NCBI GenBank assembly: GCA_963707955.1
Contig: OY970176.1
Location: 2,282,765 to 2,346,764 of the forward strand
Source: Candidatus Bathyarchaeota archaeon
GTDB taxonomy: Archaea; Thermoproteota; Bathyarchaeia; Bathyarchaeales; Bathycorpusculaceae
Length of the DNA: 64,000 nt
Reading direction: 5' to 3'
A program made the position numbers and the translations under genes. Below are positions 10,820-20,223 of this stretch, piece by piece (within the stretch, counting starts at the first letter, position 1; the number at the start of each line of letters is the position of its first letter). The notes under the pieces are model-generated. The model was not told the origin of the DNA. It made no database searches and was given only the letters and a program-made list of their open reading frames with translations.

Positions 10820-10957
10820 TTGGGGTAAAGTTTTATCTTTCTCTCTCTCAATTTCTTACGCACACGACGACGCTCTAATTCTAACGCGCTAACTCTCCCC
10901 TACTCACTCACTCTCTCTACACACACGCACACACACAGAGACAGACAAAGCACGCGC
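10810..10957 (-). repeat. Low-complexity TG/AG tract with GATAAAACTTTACCCC motif (copy 3 of 4)
   Basis: Directly downstream of the second NosD gene. Confidence 0.55.
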
Positions 10958-12750
10958 TAGGAACGGTTATGCTTTTTCTTGTGGATTGCTATTGCTGACA
11001 GTGTCGCTAACATGGACATTGCTAATATGAGAAAATCAGGAAACTCGGGCATTATTGTAATCTGTTCTGCTGAGTGGCCGTAGGTGAAGTACAGGCAGGT
11101 GTTACTGCTGTTTGAGACGGGCAAGAGGCTGTATTGAACCTGCGTCCCATTAACGAACACGCTGAGAGTGCCGTTTAACATCGCTGTTGGTATGCACACG
11201 TTGCAGAAGCCCGTCGTACCGTTCACGCCTGAAACGTTGAAGAGTATAGCGGTTCCGTTGAACTGAAAATCAGAAACCGTGGAGTTGCTCACAACCTGAA
11301 CATCAACGCCTTGTACAACATTGAAGTCTGAGAATCCTCCCATCAGAGGGTAAAAATCCGTGTTATTGGCGTCAATAACGTATGGTGTGTCGCCTATGCC
11401 GTCGCTTCCAGTCACATTCTGATATTGCCCGCTGTACAGGTCCGTACGGTTGTAGTCGCTCCAATAGTTGCCGCCTGAAGGATAGTCGTTGTCCCAAGTG
11501 TTGCCGATGGATGTGCTGTCGACTAAAGTCTGGGCACCGTTCCCAATGAAATTGTTATGGTATATCGTGTTGTTTGAGGAAGAATTGTCGAGCCAAATGC
11601 CACTACCATAACTATTTGCTGTGACGTTGTTGCCAGATAGAACATTGCCAGAAGAATTGTCGAGCCAAATGCCAGCATAGTAGTTTGCTGTGACGTTGTT
11701 GCCAGACAGAATATCGCCAGGAGAAGAGTAGAGATAAATGCCATACCAGCCGTTAGCTGTGAGGTTGTTGCCGATGATTTTTGAATCAGTCGTGTTTGCC
11801 AGCGTGAGTCCCCCATAATTTCTCGTGAGAGCCAAGCCTTGCACTGTCACGTTCTTGCAGTTGACGAGGCACACGTACCCAACGCCCTCGGGATAAGTCT
11901 GGGGGCTTATCACGATGTTCGACTTGTTCATCAGGTAGTACACGGGCTTACCCTCCACGAGGTTTGAAGTGTCAACATGATTCACAAAATCGCTCAAAAC
12001 ACTGCCAGAGGCGCTGCCAGAGACGCCAAAGTTGTAGGTGTTATCTGCTATCACGTTGTCAGACAGAACATTGCCAGAAGAAGCGCGGAGATAAATGCCA
12101 TAGATGTTTGCTGTGGCGGTGTTGCCTGACACGGTATTGTTATCAGAAGAAGAAAAGAGCTCAATACCATCAAAGACGTTTGCTGTACTGTTGTTGCCTG
12201 ACACGGTATTGTTATCAGAAGAAGAGCCGAGGTTAATTCCAAAGCCGTTTGCTCTGACGTTGTTTCCGCTTATGCTGCTGCTGTTAGAATATTCGAGATC
12301 GATGCCACCCCCGCTGTTTGCTGTGACGTTGTTGCCGCTAACAGTGTTGTTTGAAGAAGAGTAGAGATAGATCCCTTCTTGGAAGTTTTCGATGTTGGCG
12401 TTTTCGATCGTCACGTTGCTTATGTCCGTCAGGCTTAGACCATATCCGCTTAGGTTTCCTTGTACAGTGTAGCCGTTTCCGTCGATTACGGTGTTGTTTC
12501 TTTCGACGACGATTCCGTTGTAAGCTGGGTAGCTGACGTTGCCAGTTAGCGTGTACGTGACGTTGTTAACGCTTGAAATAGGTGCGGAAGACGGAGAAAC
12601 GCTTCCGTCACTGTTAATATAAACGGTTTCATTTGGTGCATGGACAAGCCCAATGTTAAACGCCAAGGCGAACGTGCCTGCAAGAAGCAACGACAAAATC
12701 ATCAAAGAAACAATTCTCCTCATTCTACTCTCCCTGCCCACTACAAACAT
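10957..12750 (-). CDS. Secreted NosD/parallel beta-helix surface protein with PEF-type anchor
   Basis: Signal peptide (start could be 12723); PbH1 repeats; last ~170 aa nearly identical to 2974..6372. Confidence 0.9.
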   Translation of the reverse strand: MFVVGRESRMRRIVSLMILSLLLAGTFALAFNIGLVHAPNETVYINSDGSVSPSSAPISSVNNVTYTLTGNVSYPAYNGIVVERNNTVIDGNGYTVQGNLSGYGLSLTDISNVTIENANIENFQEGIYLYSSSNNTVSGNNVTANSGGGIDLEYSNSSSISGNNVRANGFGINLGSSSDNNTVSGNNSTANVFDGIELFSSSDNNTVSGNTATANIYGIYLRASSGNVLSDNVIADNTYNFGVSGSASGSVLSDFVNHVDTSNLVEGKPVYYLMNKSNIVISPQTYPEGVGYVCLVNCKNVTVQGLALTRNYGGLTLANTTDSKIIGNNLTANGWYGIYLYSSPGDILSGNNVTANYYAGIWLDNSSGNVLSGNNVTANSYGSGIWLDNSSSNNTIYHNNFIGNGAQTLVDSTSIGNTWDNDYPSGGNYWSDYNRTDLYSGQYQNVTGSDGIGDTPYVIDANNTDFYPLMGGFSDFNVVQGVDVQVVSNSTVSDFQFNGTAILFNVSGVNGTTGFCNVCIPTAMLNGTLSVFVNGTQVQYSLLPVSNSSNTCLYFTYGHSAEQITIMPEFPDFLILAMSMLATLSAIAIHKKKHNRS

Positions 12751-12813
12751 AGCCCTAATTAACTTTTAAGTTTATCTAAGCAACAACCAGAAGATTCCTA
12801 GACGGCTCGCTCA

Positions 12814-12942
12814 TTAGGCTAGGCTCGCTATTCTTGGAATCCATGTTTCTCGTTCATTCCTCAGAAACTTCGCAAGCAAATAAGCTTCTTCATTAATCAA
12901 CGTGTCAAGGGTCTATTTACTGCCATGTCTGATTCTTGGAAT
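12814..12942 (-). pseudogene. Cas1-like C-terminal fragment (copy 2, internal stop)
   Basis: IPRIRHGSK*TLDTLINEEAYLLAKFLRNERETWIPRIASLA*; starts right after CGCGCG (12943-12948). Confidence 0.5.
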
Positions 12943-13054
12943 CGCGCGGTTTACCCAGGATCTTTCGGAGCCGCTTATCTAACAGTCTCTTTTTGGCAGT
13001 ATTTGTCCACTCGGCAACACTGGTTGGAGATCCCAGCGGGCGCTAAATAGCGCG

Positions 13055-14047
13055 TTAATTCGATGCTTCTTTAGCGCGCGTTTTCAAAGTTTCTGAGGCC
13101 TTTTCTGCCCATTTCGGGTCCTTCCAGAGCGCTCTGCCCACGGCCACCAGGTCAACTTTGCCGTCTCGAACTAGTCTGTCAGCATGCTCGGCCTCGGTGA
13201 TTCCTCCTACGCCTATGACTGGAGCATTGACGGCCTTCTTTATCTCGTAGGCCTGAGGAATGAAGTAGCCCTTGACGTTTCGAAGCTGCTTGGGCTCGCT
13301 TCCACAAAGGCCGCCTGACACGTCGATGATGTCGACGCCATTTTGCTCAAGCTTCAAGGCAAAGGCAGCCGAATCCTCAACCTGCGTTCCTTTCGGGGCA
13401 AGGTCGTCCGCGCCTAAACGGTAGAGTAGAAGTTTGCCTCTAACTCTTTCTCGAACCGCGTTAACTACCATGAGGGGAAAACGTGTCCTGTTCTCCAAGG
13501 AACCCCCGTACTCATCTCGACGCTTGTTGAACAGGGGTGAGAAGAACTGGTTGAGCAGGAAACCGTGCGCCCCATGAAGCTCCACACCGTCAAAACCGGC
13601 TTTAACCGCGCGATCGGCAGCCATGGCGAACTCTTCTACCAAAGCCTCAATCTCATTTCTTGTCAGTTCGCGGCTCTTCTCCGTTGCAGAGGGGCTCGTA
13701 GGCTCTGCGCCGATGATTTTCTCGTTCGCGATGCCCCCCGCATGGGTAATCTGTACAACGACAGGAGTGTCGACCGCGTGTATGGCGCCCGTAAGCCTCT
13801 CTAACCCGTCGATCAACTCGTCATCGTACATGCCTAGCTGCTTTGAACTCAACTTTCCACTTGCAGAAACGAAAGAGTGCTCCACAATGAGCAGGCCTAG
13901 CGCCGCTGAACGCCTAACATAGAACTTGATGAGCCTGCCAGTGACGGCGCCTTTAACCGTGGCTCGACCTGTTTGCATAGGAGGCATAACTATCCGGTTC
14001 CTGAAGATCAGATCCTTCACTTCTAGAGGATCAAGAAGCCCCACCAA
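13055..14047 (-). CDS. NADH:flavin oxidoreductase (Old Yellow Enzyme family)
   Basis: RNRIVMPPM, AGFDGVELHGAHGFLLNQFFSP, RRDEYGGSLENR, DLVAVGRAL. Confidence 0.95.
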   Translation of the reverse strand: MVGLLDPLEVKDLIFRNRIVMPPMQTGRATVKGAVTGRLIKFYVRRSAALGLLIVEHSFVSASGKLSSKQLGMYDDELIDGLERLTGAIHAVDTPVVVQITHAGGIANEKIIGAEPTSPSATEKSRELTRNEIEALVEEFAMAADRAVKAGFDGVELHGAHGFLLNQFFSPLFNKRRDEYGGSLENRTRFPLMVVNAVRERVRGKLLLYRLGADDLAPKGTQVEDSAAFALKLEQNGVDIIDVSGGLCGSEPKQLRNVKGYFIPQAYEIKKAVNAPVIGVGGITEAEHADRLVRDGKVDLVAVGRALWKDPKWAEKASETLKTRAKEASN

Positions 14048-14347
14048 CTCCCAACACCAAGAAGACTACAGACTAGTTCACGTCTATAAGAACATAGCAC
14101 AAGTGCGGTAAGAACAAGGCCACAAAAAGATGTTGCCTCTCTGCCCTTCCTCAGCGCGCGCCGCACGCTATTCATTGCCTTACATAAGGAAGCTCTGCAT
14201 ATATGCATATCTTTGGTAAGAAACATAAATGCTAATGTACTAAACAAAATTGTGGTTGAAATCACACAGAGGACATCAAAATCGAAGAAGTTTTATAACA
14301 TAGCAACTGAAAGTTAAATGTGCCTCGTACGTAAGGAGGTGAAAAAA

Positions 14348-14668
14348 ATGGAACGTAGAGCCAACCCATGGGAAATATTCAACGAGGAAAGGCCTGAGGT
14401 TGTGAAAGCTTTCCAAGAAATGATGAAGCGCGTTAACAAAAACAATGTCCTTGACAAAAAGACGATGGCACTAATCTATGTTGGCATCTGCTCTACGATA
14501 CGAGAAGCAGGCGCGCTGCGTCATTTCGTCGGTGAGGCATTAACAGCTGGAGCAACGAAGGAAGAAGTAGAAGCAGCGGCCTTACTTGCTTTCACTACAG
14601 GGGTTTCCTCCGCAGAACTAAGCCTACCTATAATCCTCGATCTCGCCAGGAAAACTAAACAAAAATAG
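14348..14668 (+). CDS. Carboxymuconolactone decarboxylase (CMD/AhpD-like) family protein
   Basis: LDKKTMALI...HFVGEALTAGATKEEV; AAGGAGGTGA Shine-Dalgarno upstream. Confidence 0.85.
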   Translation: MERRANPWEIFNEERPEVVKAFQEMMKRVNKNNVLDKKTMALIYVGICSTIREAGALRHFVGEALTAGATKEEVEAAALLAFTTGVSSAELSLPIILDLARKTKQK

Positions 14669-14850
14669 CGCTACATCGCGTTGAGAGGTCGCAATTGTGT
14701 CATAATGGCTGCCAATTCTGCCTCTAAGAAGAGCGAGCGCTATTGTGCAGCGCGCGCTATCGTAACATGTAAATCTGTCTCCTCACAGCAAATCCTTAAT
14801 TGTGTATGCGACCAAGAGCGTCGTTGCCGAACTGGGAGAGGCGCAAGGGA

Positions 14851-15699
14851 TTGATTAAGCGAGTTAGTATCGTTCTTGCGAATTATTGTCCGCACTGTGT
14901 ACCGTTTTCTCTGCGTAATGCTAACAAAATGTCCAGAGACCTTGGGGTTCCGCTTCTTACTCTTGACATAGAGATCCCCGAGCAGCTTGAGGCGGCTGAC
15001 AGGCTCGTCGAAGAACACGGCGATTGGTCGGAGGATTATCTTATCCCTCAAGTCTTTGTTGAACACATGGACGGGAGAGTTAATCACGTATTAACTGGTT
15101 TTTCAGAGGCAGTTTCGGTGACAGAACGTTCTTGGAAAGCGCTGTTTTCGAGTAGTTACTATCAAAGTCTCGTACATGGAGAACCGGCTATCTCGTTGCC
15201 TCACTCATCATCCCGTCGTAAGTCGTTGAAGGAGTTTGTGGAGGCATACCTAACGTTCGATGGACAATGTTACAGGCACTGCGATAGCCCTTCCTCCTTC
15301 GTAGATCTGCGATCCGACTCGGATAATGTCATCGGAGCATACGTCTGCCCCGGCGGATACGTGTCTAGGGTTGTCTACTTCAGTGTTTACCCAGATGTCA
15401 AGCAATTAAGAAGCTTCCTTATCTCCCAAGTCGGTAAGGAAATTGTTAACGATCGCGATATCCGTCCAGCCACTAGGCACGGGTGGGAATTGGGAGGTGA
15501 TGCTTTGGCTGAGATTGGTGAAGTGAGCCCCACCGGTGTCATAAAGGAGATCTATTGGACAGTCTATGCCAAAACCGAAGACGAGAGAAGACGTGGAGTT
15601 TTTATCTGCTCACATCCTAGGAAAGGAATGGGATGTAACAGACTATTCGTTCAAGACAAGAAGTCAAGAAACAGATTGTGCCCAAAGTGTAAACAGTGA
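14851..15699 (+). CDS. Thioredoxin-like (YCPHC) protein with Cys-rich C-terminal domains
   Basis: YCPHC and cis-Pro-like IPQV; CYRHC; CSH...C...CPKC. Confidence 0.65.
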   Translation: MIKRVSIVLANYCPHCVPFSLRNANKMSRDLGVPLLTLDIEIPEQLEAADRLVEEHGDWSEDYLIPQVFVEHMDGRVNHVLTGFSEAVSVTERSWKALFSSSYYQSLVHGEPAISLPHSSSRRKSLKEFVEAYLTFDGQCYRHCDSPSSFVDLRSDSDNVIGAYVCPGGYVSRVVYFSVYPDVKQLRSFLISQVGKEIVNDRDIRPATRHGWELGGDALAEIGEVSPTGVIKEIYWTVYAKTEDERRRGVFICSHPRKGMGCNRLFVQDKKSRNRLCPKCKQ

Positions 15700-15876
15700 A
15701 GCGCGCGCTAAGGCTTTCTCTAATTTGGTGACTAGAGATAATGGCTTTTGAAAAAGCCGTTTTCCCTATTCCACACCCAACAGGTTTCTAAGCGAAATCC
15801 ACACTTTAAGGCTTGCCCAGTAACCGCGAGTTAGAAGATTCTTCTCAATCACCAGCGCGCGCTCCAAGATGATGAC

Positions 15877-16662
15877 CTACTTGATTTTCTCTGCAACTTT
15901 TGACTTGATGTATCTTGAACGATACCAATATAGAGCCGACACGAATGTTAGTGCTAGGATGCATACTGAAAGAATTTGGTAAACAAGAGGAAAAAGAACG
16001 ATGGAAGGCAAAAGGGTCAAAAGCAAAATACCAATCAATGTCGGAATGACTGTCTTAAGTTTGCGATTTGTAAGCAGATAATATCCGACAGTCACTAGAA
16101 ACAGAATGGGTATGGAAACAAGCAATCCCTTAAAAAGACCAATAAATAACAACACGAATGGAAAGAGCGTAAAAAACAAGACTACGCCAGTAGCGAAAAG
16201 CAAGCTACCAACTATTTTTTGGAGAAGAGATGGTTTGCCCAAATATTCCTGAGTTGGTTTTGGACGTGAAGCCCGTTGTGGCTCAGTTTTCTCTTGCTTC
16301 TGTTCAATGCCTTCAATGCGTGCTGTTTGTTGGGGTTTATGCTTCTGGTAGTATCTCCTGTAGGAAAGAAGGATAATTGAAACCACCAATGACCAAAGAA
16401 GAAACTGCGATTCATCGGGAAGCTGGATGAGGAAGATTAGACTCGAAGGAACCACAAGCAAAGAACCGCCCAGTAGTGCTATCACAGAACGTCTAAATCC
16501 TAAATCGACCAGAAGAAAGCAAGCCTCTCCAAGAATAAGAGCAACCAACCAACCGAACATCAAGGCTCAGAGCAAACCGAATCGAAAGACAAACGGGATG
16601 CCTAACAAGAGAAGCAAAAATCCCAAAATTATGAGCAATAGCCCAGTTGTTCTCTTGAGCAT
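15877..16662 (-). pseudogene. Multi-pass membrane protein with an in-frame TGA at 16569-16567
   Basis: ATG 16662 MLKRTTGLLLIILGFLLLLLGIPFVFRFGLL* is in frame with the 228-aa hydrophobic ORF. Confidence 0.6.
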
Positions 16663-16760
16663 CGGCAAGCGATTTCTCCGCATGCTACGTTCTCCTAACC
16701 CACGATTAGTTCTATCCGTTAAGTTGCACTATAACTTTTCTGCACAATAAGAAATACTCC

Positions 16761-16900
16761 GCGTGTCTGTCTGCCTGTCTATTTGTGTGATGTATGTGTG
16801 TGATATCTCTGTGTGAGATATGTAAGTAGCTAAGAGAAAGAAAGAAGAAGAGAGAGAAGGTGTGTGTGTGTTTGGGGGTAAAGTTTAATCCCACACACAT
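16761..16900 (+). repeat. Low-complexity TG/AG tract with GGGGTAAAGTTTAATCCC motif (copy 4 of 4)
   Basis: Same layout as the other three copies. Confidence 0.55.
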
Positions 16901-16973
16901 GAAAAAATACAATATTTTTTATGTATCATCAGAATCAAAGGTAGAACTAAAGAGGAAAGGATGTAGTGGTATA

Positions 16974-17402
16974 ATGAGAATAATCTATGGATTCGTTTTG
17001 TTGGCTATCATCTTCGTAGCTTGTTTCGGCTTTCAATCATACCTAATAATGCATCTACAGTCACAGTTAGACAATGTTCAGCATCTGAATGACGAGAGCA
17101 TTAAACCTAAGGTTGTTGTCTTGTCGTATACATGGGCACTATCTTCATATGACCCATTAGAGAGCATGGTGAGTGCTAACTGCACGTTGCTAAATCTGAG
17201 TCCAACCACAGCGGTGAATGTGGAAATAGACATTACTGTTTCAGTACAGAATACGACCATAACTTGGGTACGTACCTTAGCTGATTTTGACCCTTGGCAT
17301 ACGGAAAACGTCTATGATATAGTAGTTATCTATAACAGTAGTTTAGGAGTACCATTGAACGTTTGGCTTACACCTAGATGGAACGGTATGTATGGATATT
17401 AG
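16974..17402 (+). CDS. Membrane-anchored hypothetical protein
   Basis: N-terminal TM, short coiled coil, beta-rich domain; stop overlaps TTAGCGCGCGCTAA. Confidence 0.7.
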   Translation: MRIIYGFVLLAIIFVACFGFQSYLIMHLQSQLDNVQHLNDESIKPKVVVLSYTWALSSYDPLESMVSANCTLLNLSPTTAVNVEIDITVSVQNTTITWVRTLADFDPWHTENVYDIVVIYNSSLGVPLNVWLTPRWNGMYGY

Positions 17403-17479
17403 CGCGCGCTAAGGCTGAATCACGCGTAAAGATTATCTGGCCGATCCTAAAACTTTACGGGAGTAAGTGTTGAAGTCAC

Positions 17480-17839
17480 ATGGATGTTAGCGGCGTTGCC
17501 GACGAGAAGTACATCTATTTAACAACTAGAGGTAGGAAGACTGGAAATCCACACACGGTTGAATTGTGGTTTGCGATAGCTGGAAAGAAAATCTATCTTA
17601 GCCATGAAGGAGCGTACACTGACTGGATGAAGAACATTCTTGAGGATGGTCGAGTCGAGTTTAAGGTCGGAAAGATCCAGTTTGAGGGCATTGCTCGAAT
17701 TGCTGAAGGTGGGGAGGTTTTTGAATTGGGAAAACATGTTCTCTACCTTAAGTATTATGGCAAGGCAGACGAAGACACGATTAACGATTGGTTCTCAGAG
17801 TCAACAATAATCGAGATCTCAATGATCGGTAGAGTATAA
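17480..17839 (+). CDS. Deazaflavin(F420)-dependent nitroreductase/quinone reductase family (split barrel)
   Basis: LTTRGRKTG.PH, TDWMKNI. Confidence 0.85.
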   Translation: MDVSGVADEKYIYLTTRGRKTGNPHTVELWFAIAGKKIYLSHEGAYTDWMKNILEDGRVEFKVGKIQFEGIARIAEGGEVFELGKHVLYLKYYGKADEDTINDWFSESTIIEISMIGRV

Positions 17840-17918
17840 AGCGCCTATGGTAAGAGGTTGATGAATTGATGAAATGGAAGTCCGTGAACTAAACCTGACG
17901 GCGCGCTGAAGAATGAAC

Positions 17919-17946
17919 TGAACCCATTTAGGTCTAAGTCCGGGCG
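17919..17946 (+). repeat. Att-like element, partial copy B (right end only)
   Basis: tgaacccatttaggtctaagtccgggcg, lying between two GCGCGC sites. Confidence 0.7.
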
Positions 17947-18451
17947 AGCGCGCTGGCTTTCTCTCTAGGCGAATTACACAATACGCTAAGGACACGTTGG
18001 ATTCGACCATTGAAACTAGACTTTTGTTGAGTTATCTGTGATGCCTAAAACGTGTTTTGGCAAATGGGACTGCAAAGAGTTTGGAGACACACTAGTAAGA
18101 TTGTTCTACCAAGTAGCTAGTGGTTCTTGACAGCATTACTAAGTGGAAAATAGCGCGCGTTAATCCACGAAGGCGCTCTCAGCAACCTCGTCAACCAAGC
18201 ACTGGGAAACACACAGCGTGATACCTATCCTTCCGTGATCCATAAGCACTATAAAAACAAGCTTGATCTAGACTAAAAATGATCGCGCGCGCAAGAAAAC
18301 TGCTCAAATCTGGCGAACCCGGTGCAAGAAAAAAAGGGAATGAGGTTGGGAATGGTTCTAGCTGTATTGGAGGTTTTGTATGCGGCTCTCGTACGAGGTT
18401 GTTCCCCAGTAGAACGTGGATGAGGTTATCTTAAGTTGGCGGTTGTAGACA

Positions 18452-18732
18452 GCGCGCGCGCTGAAGTAATATTCAGTGATGATCTCGCTAACAACGTCTC
18501 TCTTGCCTTCGAATCGAAGAGCCCAGATTCGAAAATCCTGTTCTTGGGCGATCTTCCATCCGAAGTGCTTGACGTTGTTCACATAGAACCCGGACGATTT
18601 CATTTGGTCAAGGCTGCTCACCATGGGACTGAATTTGGCAGCAATCTCGAGCCTGTTTCTGCCGATTTCGTTTTCATATCAAGAAATGAAAGAGAGTTTA
18701 GAAATCAAGGATATTTGTCCGAATTATCTTGA
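18452..18732 (+). pseudogene. C-terminal fragment of a ComEC-like MBL-fold hydrolase
   Basis: NNVSL, ILFLGD, KAAHHG motifs; no N-terminus, begins at (GC)5. Confidence 0.65.
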
Positions 18733-19273
18733 CAACTTTGGTGCCCATGTGCTGAGCAGTCAGCTGTTGGGTAGCTGTCATCTGAAGAGGATTCTTCAGT
18801 TCAGCAGAAGGCAGGCAGAACCGAGATGCTCCGCAGGATGCATTGTATTTACGGGGAAAGGGAAAGCAATTCGCTTCCTTATGTTGCGTCGCGAGAAAAG
18901 TGCCGTTTGGGACTTCCCGAAAGGCAAGGCCAAAGACAAGGACAAATCCTCAAGAGAAACGGCACTGCGGGAGGTCGCAGAAGAAACCGGGCTGACCATA
19001 AAAATTCTACAAGGATTCAACTGTGTCTCGCACTATTCCGATTTGGACCCAGTCTCTGACTGGATCTATCCTTTCCTATATGACGGTGATGTCCGCTTGT
19101 TCATCGCGAAAGCGCTAAACACAGAAGTTCACCTCCAGATGAGTGCTGAACACGATCTTTACGCATGGCTTCCGTTCCAAGAGGCAATGGAAAGATTGAC
19201 CCTTCAAGACTCAAGAGACGCATTGGCGGAAGCTCATGAATTCTTGAAGCCCATGCCCCCTATATTTTCGTAG
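18623..19273 (+). CDS. NUDIX hydrolase (Ap4A hydrolase-like), probably the C-terminal domain of a frameshifted MBL-NUDIX fusion
   Basis: WDFPKGK...ETALREVAEETGL Nudix box; SAEH..Y.W. Confidence 0.8.
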   Translation: MGLNLAAISSLFLPISFSYQEMKESLEIKDICPNYLDNFGAHVLSSQLLGSCHLKRILQFSRRQAEPRCSAGCIVFTGKGKAIRFLMLRREKSAVWDFPKGKAKDKDKSSRETALREVAEETGLTIKILQGFNCVSHYSDLDPVSDWIYPFLYDGDVRLFIAKALNTEVHLQMSAEHDLYAWLPFQEAMERLTLQDSRDALAEAHEFLKPMPPIFS

Positions 19274-19624
19274 CTCGAAAACGCGCGCACAGTGCCATAA
19301 CTTAGCCTACCCTTGGTGCCCGCGCATTGCATCAAACCAGGACTGTTTGCACACGCTAATCATAAATATCAATAGTGTGACATATGACAAGTGATGTTAC
19401 AATGCCTCGGAACCTTGCTTTGGCAATCTTCGTGGTTTTTTGATGTTAGGCATTGTCTTAAGTCTAAACGTTTCAACTGCGAAGGCAACGTGGTGACTAG
19501 ATCTCTGTTCTGTAAAAAAGGGGAGATGCGAGTGATATCCACTGTGGTGGATTCACGTTCCACTTCCGAGACTTCCAACGTACGTCCCTCTGTCTCTGAA
19601 AACAGGCTTTGACTGGTATCTTAG

Positions 19625-19843
19625 TTACGAAGGTTTGACTATTTCCACGTAGTAGCGCCCATCTTTAGTTCTTTTTATTCCACGAATCTTGGCCAGATCG
19701 TGGTTCAGAATCCACTCTTCGAGACCTAACTCTTCAGGCCTTTTAGCAGTTTCTTCTGACACAGCGCCCAGTTCTTTCATCTTTCTCCTGGCCAAATCTG
19801 CGCGGATACCTAATCCAACCAAGAGTCCTGCCATTGCCAACAC
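19625..19843 (-). CDS. Small membrane-anchored hypothetical protein
   Basis: TM + LGAVSEETAKRPEELGL...RTKDGRYYV. Confidence 0.65.
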   Translation of the reverse strand: MLAMAGLLVGLGIRADLARRKMKELGAVSEETAKRPEELGLEEWILNHDLAKIRGIKRTKDGRYYVEIVKPS

Positions 19844-19859
19844 CTCAGAGAGAGTTGCT

Positions 19860-20223
19860 TTAAGGCGATATAAACCATGGGATGCAAACGGTTGTCGTTA
19901 TGTCTCCTATCTCATAAGGGCCATAATATTTGTAGCATGTTGCCTCCAAATGACCATCAAAGACAACTTCTGTTAAGCCGCACGTCTTAGCGCCAACGGG
20001 ATCCGATCCCAGGAAGATTAGATCGCTTGCGCTACCACCTGTATTGTTATTTGCAATGTAGAAATTTAACTGGCTCTGATATAGGCCGTACTTTTCGCCA
20101 TAATAGTCGCCGAGAAGGTTGTTCGACGTAAGCTGCACATGATGTGTCTGTGCAATTGTTTCGTTGTACCCTGATACTGGCTGTCCTTGCGTATAATCAA
20201 AAGCAGTGGCTACTCCCTTCATT
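19860..20223 (-). pseudogene. C-terminal fragment of an unrelated, probably secreted protein
   Basis: Open frame with no convincing start of its own, beginning at the (CG)5 at 20224. Confidence 0.45.

Noticed and set aside
16567-16569. Selenocysteine readthrough of the TGA
   Set aside because: Hydrophobic TM context fits a TGG>TGA change; no redox motif.
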